Source of the DNA: Mobula hypostoma
Lineage: Eukaryota
DNA: 64,000 bases
Assembly (NCBI RefSeq): GCF_963921235.1
Contig: NC_086108.1
Span: 69,194,001-69,258,000 of the forward strand
Direction of reading: 5' to 3'
Part shown: positions 52,470-64,000 of the stretch, one piece after another
How positions within the stretch are numbered: the first letter of the stretch is position 1
Layout of the letters: every line of letters starts with the position of its first letter
Made by a program: the position numbers and the translations under genes
The notes under the pieces: generated by a model
Database searches by the model: none
What the model saw: the letters and a program-made list of their open reading frames with translations, nothing else
What the model was told of the DNA's origin: nothing

Positions 52470-53250
52470 GCAGTGTATGATAAAGTGTATGGTCATCAAC
52501 TTGGTGGAAGAAATAAATGGTCAGACTATTTAGATGGGGAGAGAATTCAAAACGCAGAGATGCAAAGGGACTTGGGAGTCCCTTGTGCAAGATACACTAA
52601 AGGTTAACCTCCAGGTTGAGTCAGCGGTGAGGAAGGTGAATGTAATGTTAGCGTTGCATTCATTTCTAGAAGTACAGAATACAAGATCAGGGACATGATG
52701 TTTCGGCTCTATAAGGCACTCATGAGACCACACAGAGTATTGTGTGCAGTTTTGGGCTCCTTGTTGTAGAAAGGACATACTGACATTGGAGAAAGTTCAG
52801 AGAAGATTCACAAGAATGATTACAGGAATTAAAGGGTTACTGTCTGAGGAACGTCTGGCAGCTCTTGAGCTGTATTTCCTGGAGTTCAGGAGAATGAGGG
52901 GGTATCCCATAGAAACATTCCAAATGTTAAAAGGCCTGAACAGATTAGACATGGCAAAGTTATTTCCCATGGTAGGGGAGTCCAGAACAAGAGGGCACGA
53001 CTTCAGGGTTGAAGGACATCCATTTAAAGCAGGGAAATTACTTTAGTCAGAGGATGGTAAATCTGTGCAACTTGTTGCCGTAGACGGCTGTGGAGGCCAA
53101 GTCATTGGGTGTATTTAAGGCATCAAAGGGTACAGGGAGAAGGTGAGGGAGTGGGGATGACTGGAAGAATTGGATCAGCTGATGATTGAATGGCACAACA
53201 GACTCGATGGGCCGAATGGCCTGCTTCTGCTCCTATATCTTATGGTCTTA
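52470..53250 (+). mobile_element. CR1 3' fragment, same subfamily as 10240-12700
   Basis: QFWAPCCRKDILTLEKVQRRFTRMI and a near-identical 3' UTR. Confidence 0.9.
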
Positions 53251-53989
53251 TAGGTGCTCAGGAGGATAAAGTACAGTAAAGGCCAAGGAACCACTTTAGG
53301 GAGTTGGTGTAAGGACTGGACATCGTCACAGTGGCTCCCCACAATGTAGGGCATTGGAGGAAATGTCTCAGAGATGAAGAGCACGGCAGCGCCAACGTGT
53401 CCTCAAACTGGAGAGGGACTAGGTGTGACTGTATGCCAATCCACATCCAAATACTACTACTCCACAGCGACTGAAAAAAAAGGACAAAATATGTCGCTTC
53501 TTACACATTTCTGGTTACTCATTTTTCCCCTCACATAGATTCCTTAAGAGCGAGTTTTATTCCACACCTCAAAGTTTTGGGCTGTGATTTGTGAATTCCA
53601 TAAGGACAAATTTCCATTTACCGAACACGGGGGTCTCCTCTACTTTCTGTCAGCTGATACCTTTACAGAGAATATTAATTGACATTCAAGGTACAGTATT
53701 CCTTCTGTAACTCTACGCACAGTGACTCCACTTTCTCGTTGTAACAACACCGCAGTTTGACCAGAAGAAGCTGCATTTCAGAATTAGAATCAAGTGTATT
53801 ATCACTGTCTTTAAACCTGTTCTGCAGTGGCAGTACTGTACAAAGATAAATTTACTGTAACAAGGAACAGTTCAGGAATCGTTCACAAATCTGATGGCGG
53901 CGGGTAAGAATCGTTGAGTGTGGGTCTTTAGGTTCCTCTACCTCCAGCCCAACGGTAGTAACGGGATGGTGATGGATACCGCGTTCTTC

Positions 53990-54380
53990 GGGCACCGCTG
54001 CTTGAAGATATCCTCGATAGTGGAGAGGGCTGTGCCCGTGATAGGGCTAGCAGTGAACAGCTTTTCGTGATCTGTGTCAAACTGAAACGATGCATGCTTG
54101 CGTGAGGAGTTTCACGTTGCTGAACTCGCTTCCTCTTGTTTGCCTTTCGCCGGTTGTGCACTTCTCCATCACAACAGCTGGGAACGGGCATTTTTCCGCC
54201 CGCCCCGAGTGAGCACATCGGCCGGCGTCAGACCCCAGACGTCGCGAGACCGACACCCACATGTCACAAAAGGTTTACGTGCGGGAGGTTTGTGAAAGTT
54301 TCTCCGGGGGGTAGGGAACGAGTGAGGTCGCCTCTCTCCATGGCGATGAATTGTTTCGCTCAGTTTCCGGGGGGGTGAGG
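53990..54380 (+). promoter_or_regulatory. CpG-rich promoter and candidate first exon of gene 2 (possible donor AAG|GTTTAC at 54272/54273)
   Basis: High local CpG density in a CpG-poor window; overlapping GC boxes 54196-54205, ETS-like CGCTTCCTCTT 54127-54137, IRF-like AAACTGAAAC 54079-54088, TCGCGAGA at 54242. Confidence 0.6.
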
Positions 54381-56045
54381 AACAAATGCTATCTGACCCT
54401 CAAAAATGATGCCCTAATGCTTCGCTTGTCCCTGTTGATCAAATGCTGTTAATCTTAAAGCAGTTGTTTCTTTGCATCTTCATCCTTGAGATTAGCCAGA
54501 ACCTGGCGTCGGTGAAGAAAACCAATACAGACACCGGCATAGGTAGGAGGTCTCAGCAATTGTTAACTGTTGAACCGTTACTCATCGGCAGGTTCCGTTG
54601 TATTTCTAATTTATAATTTAAATAACGTTCCCATTCCTTGCCTTTAATTTCCGAGATACAGAACGTAGTATCTGCAGCAGTGCTGTTCAAATATCTTGCT
54701 ATAGAAACTGGATTTAATTGTTTATTCAAAAGCATTCGTCCCAATCCCTTTCAATATGTTGATTCCTTACCATATGGGACATTACAGACATAAACTCATT
54801 TATTCCTTGTTGGGATTTTTATGGAATGCAAAGTAACATTGTATTGTGGCCAGAACAGTTTATTGCATTTATCAACTGCTAATACAAATGGAAATTTTGT
54901 CTCGGAGGTTGGAGATCCTGCCTTCGGCTTTGTGGTCTCAAAGCTCTACGAAATCCATCCCTCTCTTCATTTTTCTGCATTCACTCCACCTCATTGATCA
55001 ACTTTTTGTTTGCCATTCTAACTTCTCCATTGCCTTGGTGGTAATTTGTGTCTGATTTTACTTTTTCAGATTTTCTTGAGGCATTTTGATGTTGCAGACA
55101 CCCAGTTCATCCTCACTTGCCATGTATTTGTGTTTAAGTAGGAAGTCCATTGATAACTACAGATTGTCCAAGGCTTGGTAATGAGCCAAATTCCTTTAAA
55201 GTGGAAGGACCTCCCTTGATAGTACCAAAACCACTTTTAACTCAATAACTTACTACAATTTTTTCTGTATTAATTTAGTTCTTCACAGTTTAATTTCTTC
55301 ATCTTCCTTTCGCTCATCATTGGTAGTTGTAATTTCTTGGGGACTTAGTATTTAGGAATAAAGATTATTTATAGAAATTAAAATATTCTATAACATTGTA
55401 ATATAATTAGAATAGAGGTTCTGGTTAATAACTTTGTACAATCCTCACAGTGAAAGACTCTAAAATCCTGCAATTAATAAAAGATAATCAAGAAATAACA
55501 AAAAATGGCTGCATTTTTGGTAAATAAGCTTGTTTTATGTGACCTGCCCGTCAGAGGTGATACAAGTTGTCAGTCTGCCGTCTGTCTGAAAAATTTAATT
55601 TGCTGTTGGGTACTTATCCCACACATTGCCCTTGCCTTACGTAATAGGGTTGTGCACATCCCTTATAATCATCTTACCTGTCCCAGCAAAACACATTTTA
55701 TCACTTGAGTTTTCAACTACTAATATCCTTTCGTCCTCGTTGACAATACATGATTAGTCTTCTGTCCATTCACTGTAACATCCCAGAAGGTAGTAATGTT
55801 TATAGCTGCTTAAAAAATACCCTGGTGTTGAGCTCAATCTATGATGGTACCAGGCAATGAAAGCCTTTGGTGATTTGAGGTAAGAGTTTTCAATATTGTA
55901 ATCTCTTACATCTGAATTGGGACAAGACTTAGACTGGGATGCGATCTGGGATAATGCTGCCGGTGCTTTGAAAAACCCAAATCATCGGTATATACACTTG
56001 AAATCTTGTCAGAGCGTATTTAACACTGAGAATTGGACATCAAAT

Positions 56046-56666
56046 CTAAAAGAATCTAAAGAAAGCAGGATCTCCCAGTGGTCACACATTTTAATTCCAC
56101 GTCCCATTCCCATTCTGATATGTCTGTCCACGGCCTCCTCTACTGTCAAGATGAAGCCACACTCAGGTTGGAGGAACAACACCTTATATTCCGTCTGAGT
56201 AGCCTCCAACCTGATGGCATGAACATTGACTTTTCAAACTTCCGCTAATGCCCCACCTCCCCCTCGTACCCCATCCGTTATTTATTTATATACACACATT
56301 CTTTCTCTCTCTCTCCTTTTTCTCCCTCTGTCCCTCTGACTATACACTTTGACCATCCTCTGGGACCCCCCGCTTTTCTTTCTCCCTGGGCCTCCTGTCC
56401 CATGATCCTCTCATATCCCTTTTGCCTATCAACTATCCAGCTCTTGGCTCCATCCCTCCCCTTCCTGTCTTCTCCTATCATTTTGGATCTCCCCCTCCCC
56501 CTCCCACTTTCAAATCTCTTACTAGCTCTTCTTTCAGTTAGTCCTGACGAAGGGTCTCGGCCCGAAACGTCGACTCTTCCTAGAGATGCTGCCTGGCCTG
56601 CTGCATTCACCGGCAACTTTGATGTGTGTTGCTTGAATTTCCAGCATCTGCAGAATTCCTTGTGTA
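56046..56666 (+). mobile_element. Penelope-like 3' fragment nested in the L1
   Basis: Similar to 25525-26100; 10-bp TSD GACATCAAAT (56036-56045 / 56667-56676). Confidence 0.9.
56540..56575 (+). ncRNA. Minimal type I hammerhead ribozyme motif (Penelope-associated)
   Basis: AGTC-CTGACGA-A-GGG.tctcgg.CCC-GAAAC-GTC-GACT; core nucleotides and stems I and II intact. Confidence 0.75.
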
Positions 56667-59163
56667 GACATCAAATGGGACTGGTTCCTGACTCACATTG
56701 CTCATTTTCCCCCCATGGCTCTTTTATACATGTTGTATGGGAATGTCCAGGGGTTTTTGGTTTGTGGGGGGAGGTTATCAGTACTCTTACAGAACTAACG
56801 GGGGTACAATTATCAATGGACCCCACTGTACATCTTCTAAATGATGACTCTCACCTTTCCCTTACGGAAAAAAGACGCAAAGTTTGGCTGGCAGGCCTGA
56901 CTGCAGCTAAGAAGATTGTAGTCCAGCATTGGAAACTTCCCCGTGATATTTCAAATATTCACTGGCTTCGGAGCTTTTTGGACATTTCTTACCTGGAACT
57001 TTCATCAGCAAGAGTAAATGATGCACGACCAAACACAATCTTAATGTGGATAAACTTGATATCTAACTTAAAAGATCTTTTGTTAAAATAGGAATGCTTT
57101 GTCTGTGTATGCACTACTATTCAGTTGATTGGTGGAGGGAAAAGGGATGGGGGGAGAGAGGGGTGGAGGGGTGGAGAAGGGGTGGGCATGATGAAGAGGT
57201 AGAGGGGAGCTGGTGATGAAGGCGGGGGGATGGGTGGGTTCAACAGTCAAAATGTAATTGGCAACTGGTTGTATTGAATGTAATTTGTTGGTGTTGCAAC
57301 AAAAAATTAGTAAAAAAAATTGTAATCTCTTTGTAACTGTGTTCTCATAGGTATGTCATGAATTAATTTAGCTCCCTGTCTGTGTATACTGTATAAATTA
57401 TATACTGTATATGATTTTTTTCATTTATCTAAATCCATGCAAAATATACTACAATTTATGGAGTTCTGCTCACTAATGTATGGGTGTCAAATCTAATGAA
57501 ATTTAAGATATTTTCAAATGTGTGAGCAGTACTCTAAATCAGTGCCTAAACCAGTTACAATATTATGTCCAAAGCATTTCACTATTAATAAATTTGATGA
57601 GATTTCTTAATATTCTGCCTAGTTTTGGTTGCCTTGTGTGTTTAGTAATACAAAAACTCTGGAAAAGGACATAGGAGGATGAAAATAATTATATTTAGCT
57701 TAAAATGCACTAGTTGGATTTAGTATTCAGAAAGAAATGATTAGAGGGGTTCAAAAGTATATAAACACGGCATTCATATTATATAGCATAGGGAAATGCA
57801 GATAAATTATCCAAGGAGGTAACAAGTGTGTCAAATTCTCCTTTTAAAAAGCTGTTAAGATGAGCCATTTGTAGTGATTACTTAGTGTGTGACTTAAAAA
57901 GAGAACTCGGCCTGTTTGGGCAAAGATCACAGCATAAAAAGGTATTTGGAATAGTAAGTAAGATAGTCATTGTGGTCTCTTTAATCACTGTAGAAATTCC
58001 CAGACTTAAAAGGGCTGTGGGGTTTTATTTCAGTAGTTGCAGGTGGACTGATATGAATAAAAACATCAAATCTAGAAGCAGGCGAATGCTATTTGGCGAC
58101 TTGTGCTTGTTCCAGCATTCATTAAGATTATGGCTGATTTTTTTTGTATCTCAGAGCCTCTTTCTTGCACAAACCCCAGATTCCTTCACTTCCTTCATAT
58201 ATAAAAAGTCAATCCATCTATTCTGAAACGACTGAGTGTTTGATTTTCATAGCCTGCTGTGATAGAGAATGCCAATGATTCATGAATCTCTGGGTGAAAA
58301 AATGAGATTGAATGCTGTCCTATGGGATCAGAGTTTAGTCGTATTGAAAATCTGTTTGATGGAAGTGCTATGTATCATCATTGATAAGGACGGTAACGAA
58401 GTTGTACAATAGAATTTATTTAGCTCCCACCACCCGCTTACACGTCTAGATTGTGATCACTTATCATTTTCTAAATGGAGCACTTCCTAACCTGTAATCC
58501 CCACCTGAAGTCATATATACCAAAACGTGTTTCATCTTCTTGTTTTTACTGATTATGAGAGCCAGTAAATAGAATTAATTGGTAATTGTTTTGCCTTGAG
58601 TACTGGGGAAAAGGAAAGTGCAGCAATGAAAGAGATGGCTTTCATGCCAGCGGTATTGTTTGGGCACAACTCCCCTTCTTCCTTGGGACAGAAGTAATTG
58701 CTTTGCAAGTTCAGATTTGCAGTGGAGTGGGAAGTGGGATGCAACCACAAATGGGACAGAGATTCTCTAAGTTATTCAGAATGGCCATTACAATGGTGTA
58801 TTTTATGAATTTCTGAATGTCTATTACTATTGTGTATTTTATCAATTCTCAGTGGACCCACTTTCTACAACCTGTACTAACACATTAGGGTACTCATGAG
58901 AGAGACCAACCCATGAAATAGTGGAAACTTTTGATAATTGGCTGAATCTTGCCACATATCTTAATAGTTGTTCAAATCTAAACTACTGTAAGTGATTAAA
59001 TGATTAAACTGCTAAAATCACATCTGACCAGAATTACTTAATATCTTAATAACTAATCCCTTAGAGAACTTCATTCAAAGGAACGTGCTTTGATTGTAAT
59101 GTGGGATTAAGAATTCTGCTGTTGAAATATTAAAATGTATTCCCACTTGTATTTTCTTTCCAG

Positions 59164-59341
59164 ATTTGTTTGAAACTAGAAGTGCAGCCATGTTTAAAAT
59201 TGTGTCTTTTGACACACCAACCGGTGTAGTACTTGCAATAACCTTTGCAAGCAAAGTGAAAAGTAATTACCAAATTGATTGGAAGGCTGTGCAGACAGAA
59301 CACAGGGAACGGATACTAACAACAGATATTGAACAATGCAA
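59164..59341 (+). CDS. Gene 2 exon with probable start ATG at 59190: MFKIVSFDTPTGVVLAITFASKVKSNYQIDWKAVQTEHRERILTTDIEQC; product not recognised
   Basis: Strong acceptor ttttctttccag, Kozak-like gcagccATG, open frame, donor GTAAGT (phase 2). Confidence 0.75.
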
Positions 59342-60633
59342 GTAAGTTTCCTCTAGAGAGAGAGATTCTATAGAATATTTCTGTGTATTAGAACACTCCA
59401 TTTCATCTCAGAAACATCTTGTGACAGCTACACCAGTGACTTTAATTGATAGAGTGAAAATAAAATTTAATTGCCAGTTTAAAAGCTGATAAATAAAATT
59501 GCCATCAATTACAATTAACCTGTTGAAATTGCTTTGCCTATTGATATGAATGGAAAAATATTGAAAATATGTTGCAAGTCTTGATGTGTAATGTTAATAT
59601 TTAGTCTGGCCTTTGGTAATCTACTAATATTCATGCAGAACTTATAAGCATTGTCATAATTTATTTTCATAGAACAATGATATCTTTCCCATGGAAGAAA
59701 AGAATTTATCTGGAAATGGAGGAATAAATTTTGGAGTGGATAGATTTGTTGAGAAAACTAATGACAATTTATGATATTTTTAGGAATGTGAGTTTAGTTT
59801 TTCTTTTCACCAGTAGTAAATTTGGTCAGTTTTTTTTTACAATACATTAGAAATGCTAGTACTCAATGTGGTGGATGGAGTATCAATTTAAAAATGTGCT
59901 TCTTGCTTGGATAGCATTGAGGCTGATTTCATCCATGTACTTTTTAATGGGATCTGAATGTTTCTGAAAAGATCAGTTTGTATTCCTGTTTAGAAGTTAA
60001 TATTCAACTTTGATCTCAAAAGTCCCACTGATGAAGGTTCTCTCACAGTGGCATTAGCTGAAAAAAACCAAGATTTGAATGAAGGAACAGCAATTCTATT
60101 TCTGTCAGGATGGTATATAAATTGGGAGGAGAATCTGCAAGTGATAATGTTATGTCACACTCTTGACCTGTGCTTTGAAGAGAGATGAAAGAAAAGAGAA
60201 TTAGGTGGCCCTTACTGCAAAATACATAATTTCTGAACTGTTCCCAAACCAGATTGTTAACAAATTTGTCTGGTTAAATCTCGGATCAATCCAGGATGTA
60301 GAGTGGGGGAGATCTAAGAGAAGTGGGTATACTGTCTTGTTGCTGATAGTTAGAACATGGGGCCTCAGTGTCATGAATGTTATTTTCCAAAACAGTTCAT
60401 GCCCAGATGTTGCTGAATTGCCTAATTATCTGAGAATTGCTGGCTCAAATTAAATGTTCTGCACTCATATGCAAAAATCCACATTTTGACCTTATGGTGG
60501 AGGGATTGTCATTTGAAGATCCAACTGAAATGGTTGCTCCTTTTGGCTGGATCTCATGAACTGTTGCTGTGGTGTCCAAGGCCTGAGTAAATTTTCTTCC
60601 AACAACTACTGCCTTCTCCATTTATGCTACATA

Positions 60634-61298
60634 GGAGAGGAGAAGATGGTGGCGCGACGCAGCTCGCAGCGGCCACTCCGGTGGTGATGTCTGTTATCTG
60701 TCAAGTAGGGTGCTGTGCACAATCCTGATTTGATGGAGACAGACGTGAGAGCACGGAGGAACATCTGGTGAAATTTTGAAATGCCTGCTTCACTGCTGAT
60801 GCTACTGTGTGGTCCGAAATCTCCGGAGGGGAAGGCCCCAAGTCCTCGGCTTTGCTTGTTGCTTGGCGGCTGGGGCGGGGTCAAAGTGCTCGGCAGAGGA
60901 TGGTGCTCAGTGTCGGAGGACTAGTCAGAGGCTCGAAGTTTTCAGACAGACTCCGAGTCCGCTGCAGTCAGGTGCTACATTGGCAAGTTTGCGGCGCTTG
61001 GAGGTTCATGGCAGGGAGAGTTTCTCCCTTCTACCATCTGCGTGAGATGATGAGGCTGTCGGGCCTTTGAGACATTTTTTACCGTGCCCATGGTCTGCTC
61101 TTTATCAAATTATGGTATTGCTTTGCACTGTTGTAACTATATGTTATAATTATGTGGTTTTGTCAGTTTTAGTCTTGGTTTGTCCTGTGTTTCTTGTGAT
61201 ATCATTCTGGAGGAACATCGTATCATTTTTAATGCATCCATTTTTAAATGACAATAAACGAGGACTGAGTGTCCTCATAATCTAGTAATCTAATCTAA
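60634..61298 (+). mobile_element. Non-autonomous retroelement, GC/CpG-rich 5' end with AAGATGGTGGCG, Rex-like tail and (TAATC)n end
   Basis: ctggaggaacatcgtatcattt..gacaataaa tail and terminal microsatellite; no coding motifs. Confidence 0.7.
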
Positions 61299-62679
61299 TA
61301 TGACTCCAACCAGAAGAGCTTTGTCCCCCAAAATTTCCATAGATCTATATGTTTTTTCAGGGGTCTTTGAAGTATCACATGACCAAATAATACCTCAATG
61401 AAAATGGCAATCACATTCATCACTCTCAAATTCATTTCTTTTGTTCATAAGGCCTCAAGTTTTTAGGTTTTGATGGAATTCATACTGAGCATCTCTAAAC
61501 AGCTTATTGATGTGGAAGCGAAGCTTGGAAGTCTTGTTAGTGACATGTTAATCTATGTGCTGATGATAGACAATATAGTTATTATGAGCAAATTAATCAG
61601 ATTGGATTTGTCTTGCTCTATGTAGATGGAGCATACTTAGGCATATTACCATATCATTAGATGGATACTAATTTTGTAATTGAATTTGATGTGCTGCAGA
61701 TTAGCTTTGCTGGAGGTGGGCCTTGGATAGAAACTGAGATAAATGATAGTACTTTTGGCTGTTTTGTCTGACAGAAAATGTTTCAACTCATCTTTGGATT
61801 CACATGACATGACAATATGAATTCTGCCAAAGGACCACATTGTAGCTTAGTGTTAGGAATCAATATGCATACATTTTTAAAATTTGACTCACTCAAGCTG
61901 CTAATACAACGTAGCAGTTGGTATCTGCTCTCTCAGAAACCTCTAAATCCTTCCCAACGTCAGGTATTCAACTGGTCAAGATTCTACATCCTAATGAATT
62001 ATTTATAAAAGTTTGTCAGAACTTGTACTTTGTGTTCCCCACTACCATTTATAAAACCCTGGTGCTTATAAGCTGATTGTGGTCGCTCCTGTCATGGATA
62101 AATGCATCTGTGACAGGTTGGATGTTCTCTGCTTCTCTCACAACCTTTGGCCTAATTAGGTATCAGTATTCTTCACCTGGTTGGCTGATGGTGTGAGGAT
62201 CCCCAAGCTGAGGTCATTGTATATATAATAAGCATAATTAATAGAAAAAAATGGAAATGTAGCAATTAGTGAGGAGGGTGTTCTTATGCTTCTAGAGTGT
62301 ATAGGTGGGTGAAATTGGTAGACATGTAGCAAACTAATCCAGAGGAATTCAAAAATCAATCATTTTGACAAGAGAAGTGAGGAAGGTGACATACATTGTT
62401 ACGGTGTTAATGGGTGGATAAACAAAAATTTGGGGTGCAAATTGCTCAAAGTTTTAAGAAGGTTGGTAAAGCTCTTGAAAATAAACAGAGGGGAATTTGT
62501 GATTTATAAATGGAATTGGAAGAACAAAGACAAAATTGTTATAAAACTTTATAAGTCACTAACTAGGGTGCAGTGCTTTGTCCAATTCAACACACAACTT
62601 TCAGAAGGAGATAATAATCTTTAAGGGAGCACTGACAATAGCAGATGAAGCAGTAAATTGGATTTGACATTGGCTCTGT

Positions 62680-63125
62680 AGGAAAGCCAGAGACTGGTAG
62701 AGCAGATGATTGCCTCTAACTGGAAGCCTGTAACTTGTGGTATGCCGCAGGGATCGGTGCTGGGTCTGTTTGCGGATGGCACCAAGATTAGGATGTAGTG
62801 GACAATGATGAAGTCTATCAAAGCTTGCAGTGGGATCTGGATGAGTTGGAAAACTGGGTGAAAGGTGAAATGTTTAAGGGGAACATGAGGGGAAACTTCT
62901 TCACTCTGAGAGTGTGAATTGAGCTACTAGTGGAGGTGGTGGATGCGGGTTTGACTTCAACACTTGGGAGAAGTTTTGATAAGTACATTGCTGGGGGTGG
63001 TAGGGAAGGCTATGATCCAGGTGCAGTTTGATGGGACTAGGCAGAATAATGATTTAGCATGGACAAGATGGGCTGAAGGGTGAAGGGCCAGATTATGAGC
63101 TGTAGTGCTCTATGACTCTATGTGA
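62680..63125 (+). mobile_element. CR1 fragments with internal deletions
   Basis: PQGSVLG and FADGTK motifs followed by a 3' UTR tail. Confidence 0.75.
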
Positions 63126-63519
63126 GGGACTTGGTCTGTGATGATAGCATTATTGGAGAAACAGTTTTTAATGTAGGGAAGCTAAGGGAGATGCAAACAA
63201 AGGGTTAAAAGTTGATTTGATCTGGAATTCACTAACTGTGATGTGGGTGATGATTTTGTTTGCGGTTGAAGGAAACTGGATTTATTCTTAAACTGGAAAG
63301 ACCTGCTGGCTATTCATACCATCTTGTACAGATAATTACTGATCATTTGGAGTTCTCTAACATTTTCTGTTTTAATTTTGGTTTAAATCATCTATTTCTG
63401 GTTTCTTTCTAAGAAAAAGTGGTGAAAAAGTCTCATCTTAAACTAGACAGTCCCCTAGATAGAGCTATTAAATAACTGGTCCGTGAATGGACAGCAGTGA
63501 CAGGTACAGGTAATGGAGC

Positions 63520-64000
63520 GGACAGTGGGTTTGTGTTCTGCCATTGGGAAACAATGGCCACAGACTCCGGTCTCACCCTCACCGAAATCCCCAACAGATA
63601 GCAAAAGCTGGTTCCATCTTGTCATAACATTTCCGTGGGATCTTTTCATGCTGCTGTGGATCGCTGCCATATCTCTCAATTTAATTTTTTCCATTGCATC
63701 AGAACAGTAACCCAGCCCACATAATTGTGGTTTCTTTGATTTCAGTAAAGAACAAATGACACATTGTGCACAGGGATTTGCCAGCATCATTGTCTTCCCA
63801 TGTTTGTAGGCTGCTACTGACTATACTCATCTAACTGTAAAGGCTTCCCTTTAAACACCTCAATCTTTTCATGAGCAGAAAAGGTTTCCATTCCCTGTGT
63901 GAAGTTTATCGTGAACAGTGGGAGAAGTTTCTTCCGGTGAATGTCACCTTTCTGGGGAGCACACATGACTCTTCCATCAGGCAGGCAGACTTCCTGATAG
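63520..64000 (+). pseudogene. Degenerate PIF/Harbinger (HARBI1-like DDE_Tnp_4) transposase, runs off the window end
   Basis: GSFHAAVDRCHISQ..HCIRTVT, ATDYTH, FMSRKGFHSL (63868-63897) and GSTHDSSI; contains a stop codon and frameshifts. Confidence 0.8.

Larger units (their letters stand above)
55908..57318 (+). mobile_element. 5'-truncated L1-clade LINE (ORF2 C-terminus, G-rich 3' UTR, A-rich tail)
   Basis: HVVWECP zinc-knuckle remnant, AAKKIVVQHWK, 13-bp TSD ATTGTAATCTCTT (55895-55907 / 57319-57331). Confidence 0.88.

Overview
Eukaryotic genomic DNA, not prokaryotic. The mix of CR1, Rex1/Babar and Penelope-like retroelements suggests a cartilaginous fish, probably a ray (inference). Roughly half or more of the window is decayed transposable elements: CR1, Rex/Babar and L1 LINEs, Penelope-like elements ending in minimal hammerhead-ribozyme motifs, two solo LTRs, a tRNA-derived SINE, and Tc1, hAT and Harbinger relics. 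Most ORFs in the track are TE fragments or noise. Between the repeats lies the 3' part of an unidentified + strand gene. It has nine short symmetric phase-1 candidate exons (470-37927), six of them related duplicates arranged as three alternating pairs, then a 713-nt Ser/acidic terminal coding exon (40908-41620) with AATAAA. A CpG-rich promoter-like island with IRF, ETS and GC-box-like motifs (~54.0-54.4 kb) and a coding exon at 59164-59341 mark the start of a second, also unidentified, + strand gene.
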